From Planctomycetota bacterium (GTDB taxonomy: Bacteria; Planctomycetota; UBA1135; UBA2386), in NCBI GenBank assembly GCA_965223545.1, contig OZ245006.1, forward strand, positions 2,880,001-2,944,000: a stretch of 64,000 nucleotides of DNA. Reading direction: 5' to 3'. The notes below the pieces were generated by a model. The model had not been told where the DNA came from, made no database searches, and worked only from the letters and a program-made list of their open reading frames with translations. The position numbers were made by a program, and so were the translations under genes. Positions 55,601 through 60,888 of the stretch are shown in pieces (within the stretch, counting starts at the first letter, position 1; every line of letters starts with the position of its first letter).

Positions 55601-58600
55601 GACACCGTCGTCATCAGCGTCAACGCAACCGACGCCGCGCCCACTGCCAACGCTGGACCCGACCAGACTGTCTCCGAGAACTCCACCGTCACTCTCGACG
55701 CCAGTGCATCCAGTGATCCCGAGGGGCAGTCGCTCACCTACACATGGACGCAGACCGGCGGACCCGCCGTCACGCTCAGTGATGCCAACGCGGTGCAGCC
55801 CACCTTCACGGCTCCCGATGCCACGGGCAACTACACGCTGACCTTCGACGTCGCCGTCAGCGATGGCACCACCACCACGACCGACACCGTCGTCATCAGC
55901 GTCAACGCAACCGACGCCGCGCCCACTGCCAACGCTGGACCCGACCAGACTGTCTCCGAGAACTCCACCGTCACTCTCGATGCCAGTGCATCCAGTGATC
56001 CGGAAGGCCAGTCGCTCACCTACACCTGGACACAGACCGGCGGACCCGCCGTCACGCTCAGCGACGCCAACGCGGTGCAGCCCACCTTCACGGCGCCCGA
56101 TGCCGCGGGCAACTACACGCTGACCTTTGATGTCGCCGTGAGCGATGGCACCACCACCACGACCGACACCGTCGTCATCAACGTCAACGCAACCGACGCC
56201 GCGCCCACCGCCAACGCTGGGCCCGACCAGACCGTCTCCGAGAACACCACCGTCACTCTGGACGCCAGCGCATCCAGTGATCCGGAAGGCCAGTCGCTCA
56301 CCTACACCTGGACGCAGACCGGAGGGCCCGCGGTCACGCTCAGTGATGCCAACGCCGTCCAGCCGACGTTCACGGCGCCGGACGCTGCTGGCAACTACAC
56401 GCTGACCTTTGACGTCGCCGTCAGCGATGGCACCACCACCACGACCGACACGGTCGTCATCAGCGTCAACGCAACCGACGCCGCGCCCACTGCCAACGCT
56501 GGGCCGGACCAAACCGTCTCTGAGAACACCACCGTCACTCTCGATGCCAGTGCATCCAGTGATCCGGAAGGCCAGTCGCTCACCTACACCTGGACGCAGA
56601 CCGGCGGACCCGCCGTCACGCTCAGCGACGCCAACGCGGTGCAGCCCACCTTCACGGCGCCCGATGCCGCGGGCAACTACACGCTGACCTTTGATGTCGC
56701 CGTTAGCGATGGCACCACCACCACGACCGACACCGTCGTCATCAACGTCAACGCAACCGACGCCGCGCCCACCGCCAACGCTGGGCCCGACCAGACCGTC
56801 TCCGAGAACACCACCGTCACTCTGGACGCCAGCGCATCCAGTGATCCGGAAGGCCAGTCGCTCACCTACACCTGGACGCAGACCGGAGGGCCCGCGGTCA
56901 CGCTCAGTGATGCCAACGCCGTCCAGCCGACGTTCACGGCGCCGGACGCTGCTGGCAACTACACGCTGACCTTTGACGTCGCCGTCAGCGATGGCACCAC
57001 CACCACGACCGACACGGTCGTCATCAGCGTCAACGCAACCGACGCCGCGCCCACTGCCAACGCTGGGCCGGACCAAACCGTCTCTGAGAACACCACCGTC
57101 ACGCTCGATGCCAGTGCATCCAGTGATCCGGAGGGCCAGTCGCTCACCTACACCTGGACGCAGACCGGCGGACCCGCCGTCACGCTCAGCGACGCCAACG
57201 CGGTGCAGCCCACCTTCACGGCGCCCGACGCCGCGGGCAACTACACGCTGACCTTCGATGTCGCCGTCAGCGATGGCACCACCACCACGACCGATACCGT
57301 CGTCATCAACGTCAACGCAACCGACGCCGCGCCTACCGCCAACGCTGGGCCCGACCAGACCGTCTCCGAGAACACCACCGTCACACTCGATGCCAGTGCA
57401 TCCAGCGATCCAGAGGGGCAGTCCCTCACCTACACCTGGACACAGACCGCGGGACCGGCCGTCACGCTCAGCGATGCCAACACGGTGCAGCCAACCTTCA
57501 CGGCGCCTGATGCCGCTGGTAACTACACGCTGACCTTCGACGTCGCCGTGAGCGATGGCACGACCACCACAACCGACACCGTCGTCATCACGGTCAACGC
57601 AACCGACGCGGCACCCACCGCCAACGCTGGGCCGGACCAAACCGTCTCCGAGAACTCCACCGTCACTCTCGACGCCAGTGCGTCCAGCGATCCGGAAGGC
57701 CAGTCCCTCACCTACACCTGGACGCAGACCGCGGGACCGGCCGTCACGCTCAGCGATGCCAATGCCGTCCAACCGACCTTCTCGGCTCCCGATGCCGCGG
57801 GCAACTACACGCTGACCTTCGATGTCGCCGTCAGCGATGGCACCACCACCACGAACGACACCGTCGTCATCACGGTCAACGCAACCGACGCGGCACCCAC
57901 CGCCAACGCTGGGCCGGACCAAACCGTCTCCGAGAACTCCACCGTCACTCTCGATGCCAGTGCATCCAGTGATCCGGAAGGCCAGTCGCTTACCTACACC
58001 TGGACACAGACCGGCGGACCCGCGGTCACGCTCAGCAACGCCAACGCGGTGCAGCCCACCTTCACGGCTCCCGACGCCGCGGGCAACTACACGCTGACCT
58101 TCGACGTCGCCGTCAGCGATGGCACCACCACGACGACCGACACCGTCGTCATCTCGGTCAACGCGACCGACGCCGCGCCCACTGCCAACGCTGGACCCGA
58201 CCAGACCGTCTCCGAAAACACGACCGTCACGCTCGACGCCAGTGCATCCAGTGATCCGGAAGGCCAGTCGCTCACCTACACCTGGACGCAGACCGGCGGG
58301 CCCGCCGTCACGCTCAGCGATGCCAACGCGGTGCAGCCCACCTTCACGGCTCCCGATGCCGCGGGCAACTACACGCTGACCTTCGATGTCGCCGTCAACG
58401 ATGGAACCACCACGACGACCGACACCGTCGTCATCTCGGTCAACGCAACCGACGCCGCGCCCACCGCCAATGCTGGGCCGGACCAGACCGTCTCCGAGAA
58501 CAGCACCGTCACACTCGATGCCAGTGCATCCAGCGATCCGGAGGGGCAGTCGCTCACCTACACCTGGACCCAAACCGGTGGCCCGGCCGTCACGCTCAGC

Positions 58601-60850
58601 GACGCCAACGCCGTCCAGCCCACCTTCACGGCACCCGACGCTGCTGGTAACTACACGCTGACCTTCGACGTCGCCGTCAGCGATGGCACCACCACCACGA
58701 CCGACACCGTCGTCATCAGCGTCAACGCAACCGACGCGGCACCCACTGCCAACGCTGGGCCGGACCAAACCGTTTCCGAGAACACCACCGTCACACTCGA
58801 TGCCAGTGCGTCCAGCGATCCCGAGGGGCAGTCGCTCACCTACACCTGGACCCAAACCGGTGGCCCGGCCGTCACGCTCAGCGACACCAACGCCGTCCAG
58901 CCGACGTTCACGGCACCCGACGCTGCTGGTAACTACACGCTGACCTTCGACGTCGCCGTCAGCGATGGCACCACCACCACGACCGACACCGTCGTCATCA
59001 GCGTCAACGCAACCGACGCGGCACCCACTGCCAACGCTGGGCCGGACCAAACCGTTTCCGAGAACACCACCGTCACACTCGATGCCAGTGCGTCCAGCGA
59101 TCCCGAGGGGCAATCCCTCACGTACACCTGGACGCAGACAGGCGGGCCCGCCGTCACGCTCAGCGATGCCAACGCGGTCCAGCCCACCTTCACGGCTCCC
59201 GATGCCGCGGGCAACTACACGCTGACCTTCGACGTCGCCGTCAACGATGGCACGACCACCACGACCGACACCGTCGTCATCACCGTCAACGCCACCGACG
59301 CTGCACCCACCGCCAACGCTGGGCCCGACCAGACTGTCTCCGAGAACACCACCGTCACCCTCGATGCCAGTGCATCCAGCGATCCCGAGCAGGGCACTCT
59401 GACCTATCAGTGGAATCAGATCTCAGGACCCACCGTGGCCCTCGCCGGGGGTGACACGGCGACACCGACGTTCGAGTCCCCCGCCGGCACGGACGACCAG
59501 ACACTCGTCTTCGAAGTGCGCGTGTCCGACGGGACCACGACCGTTTCGGACACGGTCGTGGTCCACGTCGAACACGCCAACCTCGCACCGATTGCCGATG
59601 CCGGCGGCGACATCACCCTCACCTCCGGGGACACGGGCACGCTGTTCGGAGCCGGCTCGATCGACCCCGAGGGCCAATCGCTGACGTACGAATGGCGGCA
59701 GCTCTCGGGACCGCCGCTGACGATCTCCGGCGCGACGACGCCCACACCTACGATCGTCGCTACCGGAGACTCGGGGTTCGCGGTCGTGCAACTCACCGTC
59801 AGCGACGGAGAGCTCACCTCGAGCGACACCGTCGGCATCAACGTCTTGGCGGCACCGACTCCCGAGCCAGAACCCGAGCCCGAGCCCGAACCCGAGCCTG
59901 AACCCGAACCCGAGCCCGAGCCGCAGCCAACGCCCGAGCCCGAGACCCCCGTGGCACCACCGACCGAAGATCCGGTTCAGGATCCGTTCGCCACAAGCCC
60001 CGACAACACTGCCGACCCCGACGATCCCGCAGACGATTCCGCGAGCCGCGAGCCGGCCACCGAGCCACCCTCGGCGACGACTTCGCAGACTGCGACACCC
60101 ACCGAAGACGACGACCTGCGCGTCAGCGCCGGATCGGACTTCACCGCTTCCGCGGGGAGCACGGTCACGCTGGTTGGCCGCGTGGACGGAGACAGCGGCT
60201 CCGTGCGCGTTCGGTGGGACCAGCTATCGGGACCGCCCGTCGTGCTGGGCAACAGTCAGAACCTCACCAGCAGCTTCCTCGCGCCGTCGGGAGTCACGAC
60301 CGAGACGGTGTTCGAGTTCCAGCTCTCGGTGACCACCGAGAGTGGCACGACCACGGACCGCGTCGCGGTCACCATCAAGCCGACAGGCGAAGGCGCCGAC
60401 CTCCCACCACTGCTCGGCACTGCACTGTCGGGCGAGGAGGTCGCCCTCCAGCTTCCCACCCTGATGGCACTGACGGAAAGCGCTGCTGAGGTCACCGTCG
60501 ACTGGCAGCAGATCGGCGGGACGCCCGTCCAGCTCGACAACACGTCGGCCACCGCTCCCAAGTTCGAAGCGCCCGCCGTCTTCGTTGCCGAGGACCTCGA
60601 GTTCCAGGTGTCGCGCACCGACGGCACCGAAACGGTGACCGAACGCGTCCGCATCCGCATCGACCCGGTCGAGGTCGTTGCCCGGCGCGACGCGGAGATG
60701 GGAAGCTGGACTCCAGACCCCCTGCAGAGCAACTACGAGGCGCCGGCCGAGAAGGGCGCACGCGGCATCGGCCGGGTGTGGGCGGCGATCGCCGGCATGT
60801 TCACGATCTGGCCGAGGAGGGGAGACCCGAAGCCGCCCGATCTGCGCTGA
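37634..60850 (+). CDS. Giant (7738 aa) RTX/PKD-repeat surface protein with LEPRxLL-type leader
   Basis: Uninterrupted 23.2-kb ORF; RLRGESIESRILLS leader; many GGxGxD Ca-binding nonapeptides; tandem 94-aa PKD-like units; PE-repeat linker. Confidence 0.93.
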   Translation: MAKHDSPEPGPEPQRRGKSRPARKDKQRRREPAKRQRLRGESIESRILLSGTWIDPSTGNPLADATTGDDLYEGSLADDAPNSAAGGNDTLWGAAGDDTLNGGSGDDLVLGGSGNDTLDGGSGNDTIHGGSGDDVIYGGGDADVLIGGGGNDQLFAESGNDVLRFTGAQDGDLYTVDGGGDIDTIDITEFGSGALLSDDGSTMVVDLGGGASFTVNYTNVESIVTADTGGNHAPDANAGADIVVDSGVGQFLTAAPSSDFDGDTLTYQWTQVQGPHVTLTGSTTATPSFTAPTVTEPTEMVFALEVSDGTTTHIDTVRVMVTPTNSVGGTSGADSLTGTGNTAEYFFGFDGDDTITARGGDDYIEGGAGADTIDGGAGTDTVSYADAEVGMTIDLVAGTASDGDTLSNVENVVGTAYDDTIVADGNPNVIDGGEGRDTVSFAGGTAIVADLTTGSVGDDTLIDVEGIVGTSGADTFSLSSPVAGETYTIDGGAGGFDQIVLSGYASTAATFGDGYVDIDLGGGQSFRVEYANIDSIAFSDVNADVVTSSISVSGLNGERLFLSGGDAVRVSYSGAGSIDVDYDGTTDTLAVTGSPGTLSGSALSITDLDSGDLTISSIQIDSVLSSLTTNVDVGTINFAAAAELTNATIAGGAGTVDTVSFSGHLSSPTTVNGNVTTMIVAGTISGNAPLTINGNLDALNVVSSVYGDVHVTGNLGSLSTASIGNSPATEIIVDGDLGSLTTTSTSTNYGSITVAGSAGTLDFAGDLITDVSVGGNLTSLSGVKHTHNGNLVVGGSAGSITFTGGAFGHYLIEGDLDAFSAGELVAVVVANGVTGSLTVTNGAFSDTSNYATATRIEFDGVNDTITAWAPQAGTAAGDNLTGTAGDEFLDGQDGDDTLDGGAGDDVLRGGSGNDTLIGGAGHDVADYSDASGAVTVDVTAGTATGAAGTDTLSGIEGAIGGSGVDRFEFSNPVDGMTYTVDGKDAGLSTNYIDLGAYASTDVTFGDRSLTVDMGGGQSFTIEYRNIGTIQFSDIDASVFRDDGGGYGNSAYSGKSMYITDQGAFTVELSGGGTMYLAIDADTQQVQIHSTSGTSSATSIEIVELQDSGFTATNLTVSTEIESLATDLDIGTLTVGVSGSLQTLTLSGGTGTAGTINYVGAMASTLFVEGSVGLISANSGSGTITVTGDLDAFSSVSAFTGTVEAYRAVGAYSVTSGAFSDSTTYAEPTNSLFDGNTNTLGLGLHQFGTSGDDEMLGTGGDDTFHPGGGDDFMDGDDGSDVVDYSDVTGPVTVDLGDQLAQNTGSAGTDTLWSVEGVIGTEESDTFRISDPEPGTTYTVDGNEGALDILDLSWVVATNVTFGNGTLQVDLGGGRSFSVNYSNIDRIDFADVSATVVGTASGFSGTTLGDNIWIHEDSAFRIAIGGGGSTTFSYDVGTDVLDLTATSGTSAASTISVEHLTGVGSTGDVTLQSTVGTLTIDGSLSSLTLDGGAQLEQLDLGGSGTVTDITYGAGSDLATNLEVRGTVGTLTLNGTGTQTAEIHVTRDLESFTSVQDYLGVLRADAVIGNIEITDGGFYTIQNIASTSAISFDGPTNGFVTGVNTTGTAAGEILTGTEAADTIDGADGNDTISGLGGDDVLVGGIGDDTIDGGDGHDTVSYADAASKVRVDVTQVGPQDTLGAGTDTLTNVEGVIGTSHAVDEFHFSNPVAGTTYTVDGGTGAFDSLFLDGFQSSAATFADGVVTIDMGGGQSFSIEYTGIERIYFADISANVITGPYGFGSFSGDRLFISGETIFQVTTAGPGSIDFDFYPASNSWVLGATTGTDATTSVDFTTIIGAPVFTTSVTLDSDLATLTSSTDIGTLTLNGSAQLTTLDLGTGSVDAVSYASNITTDLNVTGNVGTLAAAGGTAAVAISGDLDAISFSSDFQGTISATVIGSLDVTDGAASTSDTYRTPRAVTYDGATNTLANTPIEGTAGNDTLVGTPYDDTIYGYDGDDSISGLAGDDVLAGGAGNDTLLGGAGTDTVDYSSATGAITVDLTITTAQDTGEGFDTLDSIERVIGSTFNGDTFLFSNAQDGATYAVVGNSWNNTIDLSNYAFADATWYDGYVVISMGAAQSFRIDYTQANFRFSDGWIGTVDPSAPGRSGSGAATYVVGDRVFRLQAAGYNFSYDFNNETLDITHTSSSSSSTTLQVTEFAGEIAIGTISLNSSHGDIVMPSDIAAINVASGVTLGSVTVDGGTGTVGAITYAGSLDADLTVNGNVGSISATTGSGDITVTGDLDALVFTSDYSGTLRIDAVVGSLDITDGAHTDSTTYATPTAIAYDGDAQVLATVISGTAFNDYLVATANNDYLDGGDGTDTVDYSGASAGITVDLTISGSQATGGSANDTLSSIERLIGSGFDDTFSFSGPADGASYYVDGGAGNNTIDLTSFASAAVTYSATQLTVDLGGGQSFVVAFDNVSTILLADATAAVLAGSTSRTAFSGSEVFIDGDQVFRVDVSGAGSIDYSYDATTDTLTVTDSTATDATTTVAITDLSGTDLVIDTITIDTTLASATSNVDIGTIFVNGGAELGTVSVASGTGAIGQLTYSGNVTATTTIDANVEAVSAQQVTGTLEVTGNLTTASATLLSGHLEVGGELSTLNLSSGLTGTMHVGGDVGAMNLGTAGDSSSFPMSVVIDGSLGTYTTSGSLHGTIHVIGDVSGGIDIGRIESGATLQVDGSLHSLHSTWDLNGALTIGGDAGTVRLDGGINGGTVSVTGNLVSFRALGSLTGAGSFSVGGNAGSLDFDGSGDVAITIGGDLDSFRFGSGYSAVLQANQVVGSLSIVDGAYSTAHYYATATVVSYDGSTNSGVGTPPSSGTSGDDVLTGTAGNDFLDGQGGNDTLYGLDGDDLLRGGTGNDIIDGGLGTDVVDYADAGAAVTVDISSTSAQDTVGAGTDTFAAIEGVHGSGFDDTFNLATPANGATYIVSGGAGTDTLNLGGYSWSSATFADGIITIAMAGGGSFTIQHDTIETVQFSNGTAIFTDVPVTQTGFTGTQIVVSGANATRISLVGSGTMDWSYDPMRHELTVDGTASTNSGTDITIDDLNDTGLRVESVQIDSGIDDLIADVDIGTVTVGNSGYLIDVMLGGTGTVEQMVFGGSTNANLTVDANVQSLTFADNVWHTITVTGSVDSLDVAGYVSTNGSFAISGDATTVSVAGNVLGTVQVDGAAGQVSVGGTLGSSVIVRGDLGTLDISGDVTASGAVVVGGDLGVLTGGNDLLTGATIRVAGNAGTISFTGTSDERIEVGGTLQVFSFTGDYTGILWIGNAFGDVSISDNGTSDVITFSVPTEFIYDGLGGLTPGDGGTYVGTAGDDVLVGDVTDDLMVGLAGNDVLDGADGSDVLRGGAGDDTLMGGAGTDTADYSTATSAITVDLTDTSAQNTGGAGVDTLLGIEQVLGTSFDDTFAFATPTSGSVYKVFGGAGSDTIDLSGFASTDATFSDGSVVIDLGGGQSFQIDYQDVESIVFSDTTAQLIEPPPGLTGLESLGGVSVVYSSTELDAWSGTMMFVDGPQTFTISLTGAGTADITYDAITDTVSVLNVDGTDASTSLVITDLSGSDLIVDSIVLDESVGSFTSNVNIGTLTLGANATIDSVVIDSGLGTIDLIESTTRFYGTATIDANVTNVQMPGVSGNLTFNGDVGTFTSTASYESATIVINGDAGRIETSDFNYSSLTVTGSVTTLDSNDDVRGSTINIGGDLGLFEVRDQINSGPNTITVGGNVGTIDVDNRISGADFDIGGDLQTFDVGDAVGSSQSFTNGSLVVGGTLTTFSVYHYIQNVDVEVSGNLGSFTIGEDVDGNASVLVHGSTGTVDVSGDLAGSFVTGGDLDQVTLGSVSGVLLAGSVTGSFDLTDGTYTYTDTYATATMVRYEGGGSEGLFTSSDSNVIFGTSGADSLIGTAGSDLILPLEGVDSVSAGDGDDVIYYSSGHGDLTVDGGSGTDEFLLHSSASVGIYSAARHNALWGTSYASDHVIVRVNGEIIDLVNVERITIIGTNANEYLTVDGDFTPTALATDGIRFVGGEGVDRVYADKITSAHNVDVRTGSGGETIFTGAGDDTIEGGADNDGIESGAGADTVIWRVGDGLDTIDGGADSDLLDLFGSDTGNGTFLVEDASTYNARTGSSIAADHILISYNGVLVVDAVNVEHIRINSGLLGDAVTISGDFTLTTLASQPFEVVGCDGSDVVDASGVLSAHGVILVGAGADDTFTGGAGFDTARFTGNYADYTITDNGGGSFTVTDNTAGRDGSETLVGVDEFAFADYTLDPTTLADPAPSADAGPDQTVSENTTVTLDASASSDPQGQSLTYTWTQTGGPAVTLSDANAVQPTFTAPDAAGNYTLTFDVAVSDGTTTTTDTVVITVNATDAAPTANAGPDQTVSENTTVTLDASASSDPEGQSLTYTWTQTGGPAVTLSDANAVQPTFTAPDAAGNYTLTFDVAVSDGTTTTTDTVVISVNATDAAPTANAGPDQTVSENTTVTLDASASSDPEGQSLTYTWTQTGGPAVTLSDANAVQPTFTAPDAAGNYTLTFDVAVSDGTTTTTDTVVISVNATDAAPTANAGPDQTVSENTTVTLDASASSDPEGQSLTYTWTQTGGPAVTLSDANAVQPTFTAPDAAGNYTLTFDVAVSDGTTTTTDTVVINVNATDAAPTANAGPDQTVSENTTVTLDASASSDPEGQSLTYTWTQTGGPAVTLSDANAVQPTFTAPDAAGNYTLTFDVAVSDGTTTTTDTVVITVNATDAAPTANAGPDQTVSENTTVTLDASASSDPEGQSLTYTWTQTGGPAVTLSDANAVQPTFTAPDAAGNYTLTFDVAVSDGTTTTTDTVAISVNATDAAPTANAGPDQTVSENTTVTLDASASSDPEGQSLTYTWTQTGGPAVTLSDANAVQPTFTAPDAAGNYTLTFDVGVSDGTTTTTDTVVINVNATDAAPTANAGPDQTVSENTTVTLDASASSDPEGQSLTYIWTQTGGPAVTLSDANAVQPTFTAPDAAGNYTLTFDVAVSDGTTTTTDTVVITVNATDAAPTANAGPDQTVSENSTVTLDASASSDPEGQSLGYTWTQTGGPAVTLSDANAVQPTFTAPDAAGNYTLTFDVAVSDGTTTTTDTVVISVNATDAAPTANAGPDQTVSENTTVTLDASASSDPEGQSLTYTWTQTGGPAVTLSDANAVQPTFTAPDAAGNYTLTFDVAVSDGTTTTTDTVVISVNATDAAPTANAGPDQTVSENTTVTLDASASSDPEGQSLTYTWTQTGGPSVTLSDANAVQPTFTAPDAAGNYTLTFDVAVSDGTTTTTDTVVITVNATDAAPTANAGPDQTVSENTTVTLDASASSDPEGQSLTYTWTQTAGPAVTLSDVNAVQPTFTAPDAAGNYTLTFDVAVSDGTTTTTDTVVITVNATDAAPTANAGPDQTVSENTTVTLDASASSDPEGQSLTYTWTQTAGPAVALSDANAVQPTFTAPDAAGNYTLTFDVAVSDGTTTTTDTVVISVNATDAAPTANAGPDQTVSENTTVTLDASASSDPEGQSLTYTWTQTGGPSVTLSDANAVQPTFTAPDAAGNYTLTFDVAISDGTTTTTDTVVISVNATDAAPTANAGPDQTVSENTTVTLDASASSDPEGQSLTYTWTQTGGPAVTLSDANAVQPTFTAPDAAGNYTLTFDVAVSDGTTTTTDTVVISVNATDAAPTANAGPDQTVSENTIVTLDASASSDPEGQSLTYTWTQTGGPAVTLSDANAVQPTFTAPDAAGNYTLTFDVAVSDGTTTTTDTVVISVNATDAAPTANAGPDQTVSENTTVTLDASASSDPEGQSLTYTWTQTGGPAVTLSDANAVQPTFTAPDAAGNYTLTFDVAVSDGTTTTTDTVVITVNATDAAPTANAGPDQTVSENTTVTLDASASSDPEGQSLTYTWTQTGGPAVTLSDANAVQPTFTAPDASGNYTLTFDVAVSDGTTTTTDTVVISVNATDAAPTANAGPDQTVSENSTVTLDASASSDPEGQSLTYTWTQTGGPAVTLSDANAVQPTFTAPDATGNYTLTFDVAVSDGTTTTTDTVVISVNATDAAPTANAGPDQTVSENSTVTLDASASSDPEGQSLTYTWTQTGGPAVTLSDANAVQPTFTAPDAAGNYTLTFDVAVSDGTTTTTDTVVINVNATDAAPTANAGPDQTVSENTTVTLDASASSDPEGQSLTYTWTQTGGPAVTLSDANAVQPTFTAPDAAGNYTLTFDVAVSDGTTTTTDTVVISVNATDAAPTANAGPDQTVSENTTVTLDASASSDPEGQSLTYTWTQTGGPAVTLSDANAVQPTFTAPDAAGNYTLTFDVAVSDGTTTTTDTVVINVNATDAAPTANAGPDQTVSENTTVTLDASASSDPEGQSLTYTWTQTGGPAVTLSDANAVQPTFTAPDAAGNYTLTFDVAVSDGTTTTTDTVVISVNATDAAPTANAGPDQTVSENTTVTLDASASSDPEGQSLTYTWTQTGGPAVTLSDANAVQPTFTAPDAAGNYTLTFDVAVSDGTTTTTDTVVINVNATDAAPTANAGPDQTVSENTTVTLDASASSDPEGQSLTYTWTQTAGPAVTLSDANTVQPTFTAPDAAGNYTLTFDVAVSDGTTTTTDTVVITVNATDAAPTANAGPDQTVSENSTVTLDASASSDPEGQSLTYTWTQTAGPAVTLSDANAVQPTFSAPDAAGNYTLTFDVAVSDGTTTTNDTVVITVNATDAAPTANAGPDQTVSENSTVTLDASASSDPEGQSLTYTWTQTGGPAVTLSNANAVQPTFTAPDAAGNYTLTFDVAVSDGTTTTTDTVVISVNATDAAPTANAGPDQTVSENTTVTLDASASSDPEGQSLTYTWTQTGGPAVTLSDANAVQPTFTAPDAAGNYTLTFDVAVNDGTTTTTDTVVISVNATDAAPTANAGPDQTVSENSTVTLDASASSDPEGQSLTYTWTQTGGPAVTLSDANAVQPTFTAPDAAGNYTLTFDVAVSDGTTTTTDTVVISVNATDAAPTANAGPDQTVSENTTVTLDASASSDPEGQSLTYTWTQTGGPAVTLSDTNAVQPTFTAPDAAGNYTLTFDVAVSDGTTTTTDTVVISVNATDAAPTANAGPDQTVSENTTVTLDASASSDPEGQSLTYTWTQTGGPAVTLSDANAVQPTFTAPDAAGNYTLTFDVAVNDGTTTTTDTVVITVNATDAAPTANAGPDQTVSENTTVTLDASASSDPEQGTLTYQWNQISGPTVALAGGDTATPTFESPAGTDDQTLVFEVRVSDGTTTVSDTVVVHVEHANLAPIADAGGDITLTSGDTGTLFGAGSIDPEGQSLTYEWRQLSGPPLTISGATTPTPTIVATGDSGFAVVQLTVSDGELTSSDTVGINVLAAPTPEPEPEPEPEPEPEPEPEPEPQPTPEPETPVAPPTEDPVQDPFATSPDNTADPDDPADDSASREPATEPPSATTSQTATPTEDDDLRVSAGSDFTASAGSTVTLVGRVDGDSGSVRVRWDQLSGPPVVLGNSQNLTSSFLAPSGVTTETVFEFQLSVTTESGTTTDRVAVTIKPTGEGADLPPLLGTALSGEEVALQLPTLMALTESAAEVTVDWQQIGGTPVQLDNTSATAPKFEAPAVFVAEDLEFQVSRTDGTETVTERVRIRIDPVEVVARRDAEMGSWTPDPLQSNYEAPAEKGARGIGRVWAAIAGMFTIWPRRGDPKPPDLR
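50560..59390 (+). repeat. Intragenic tandem array: 31 near-identical 282-bp units plus the start of a diverged 32nd
   Basis: The TVSEN codons recur from 50591 to 59333 = 31 x 282 bp; unit is APTANAGPDQTVSENTTVTLDASASSDPEGQSLTYTWTQTGG..VNATDA. Confidence 0.97.
59861..59946 (+). repeat. (Pro-Glu)n hexanucleotide repeat linker
   Basis: CCCGAG/CCCGAA/CCTGAA runs encoding PEPEPE... Confidence 0.9.
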
Positions 60851-60888
60851 TCAGGGATCCCAGGGGCCAGAACTCGTTTGCCAGCGTC

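Noticed and set aside
49631..59113. 3160-aa antisense ORF and the many 62-93 aa ORFs recurring every 282 bp
   Set aside because: Shadow frames of the repetitive, GC-biased giant gene; variation is synonymous in the plus-strand frame.
50560..59390. Tandem array as a CRISPR or non-coding repeat array
   Set aside because: Units are contiguous, in-frame and coding, with no unique spacers and no cas genes.
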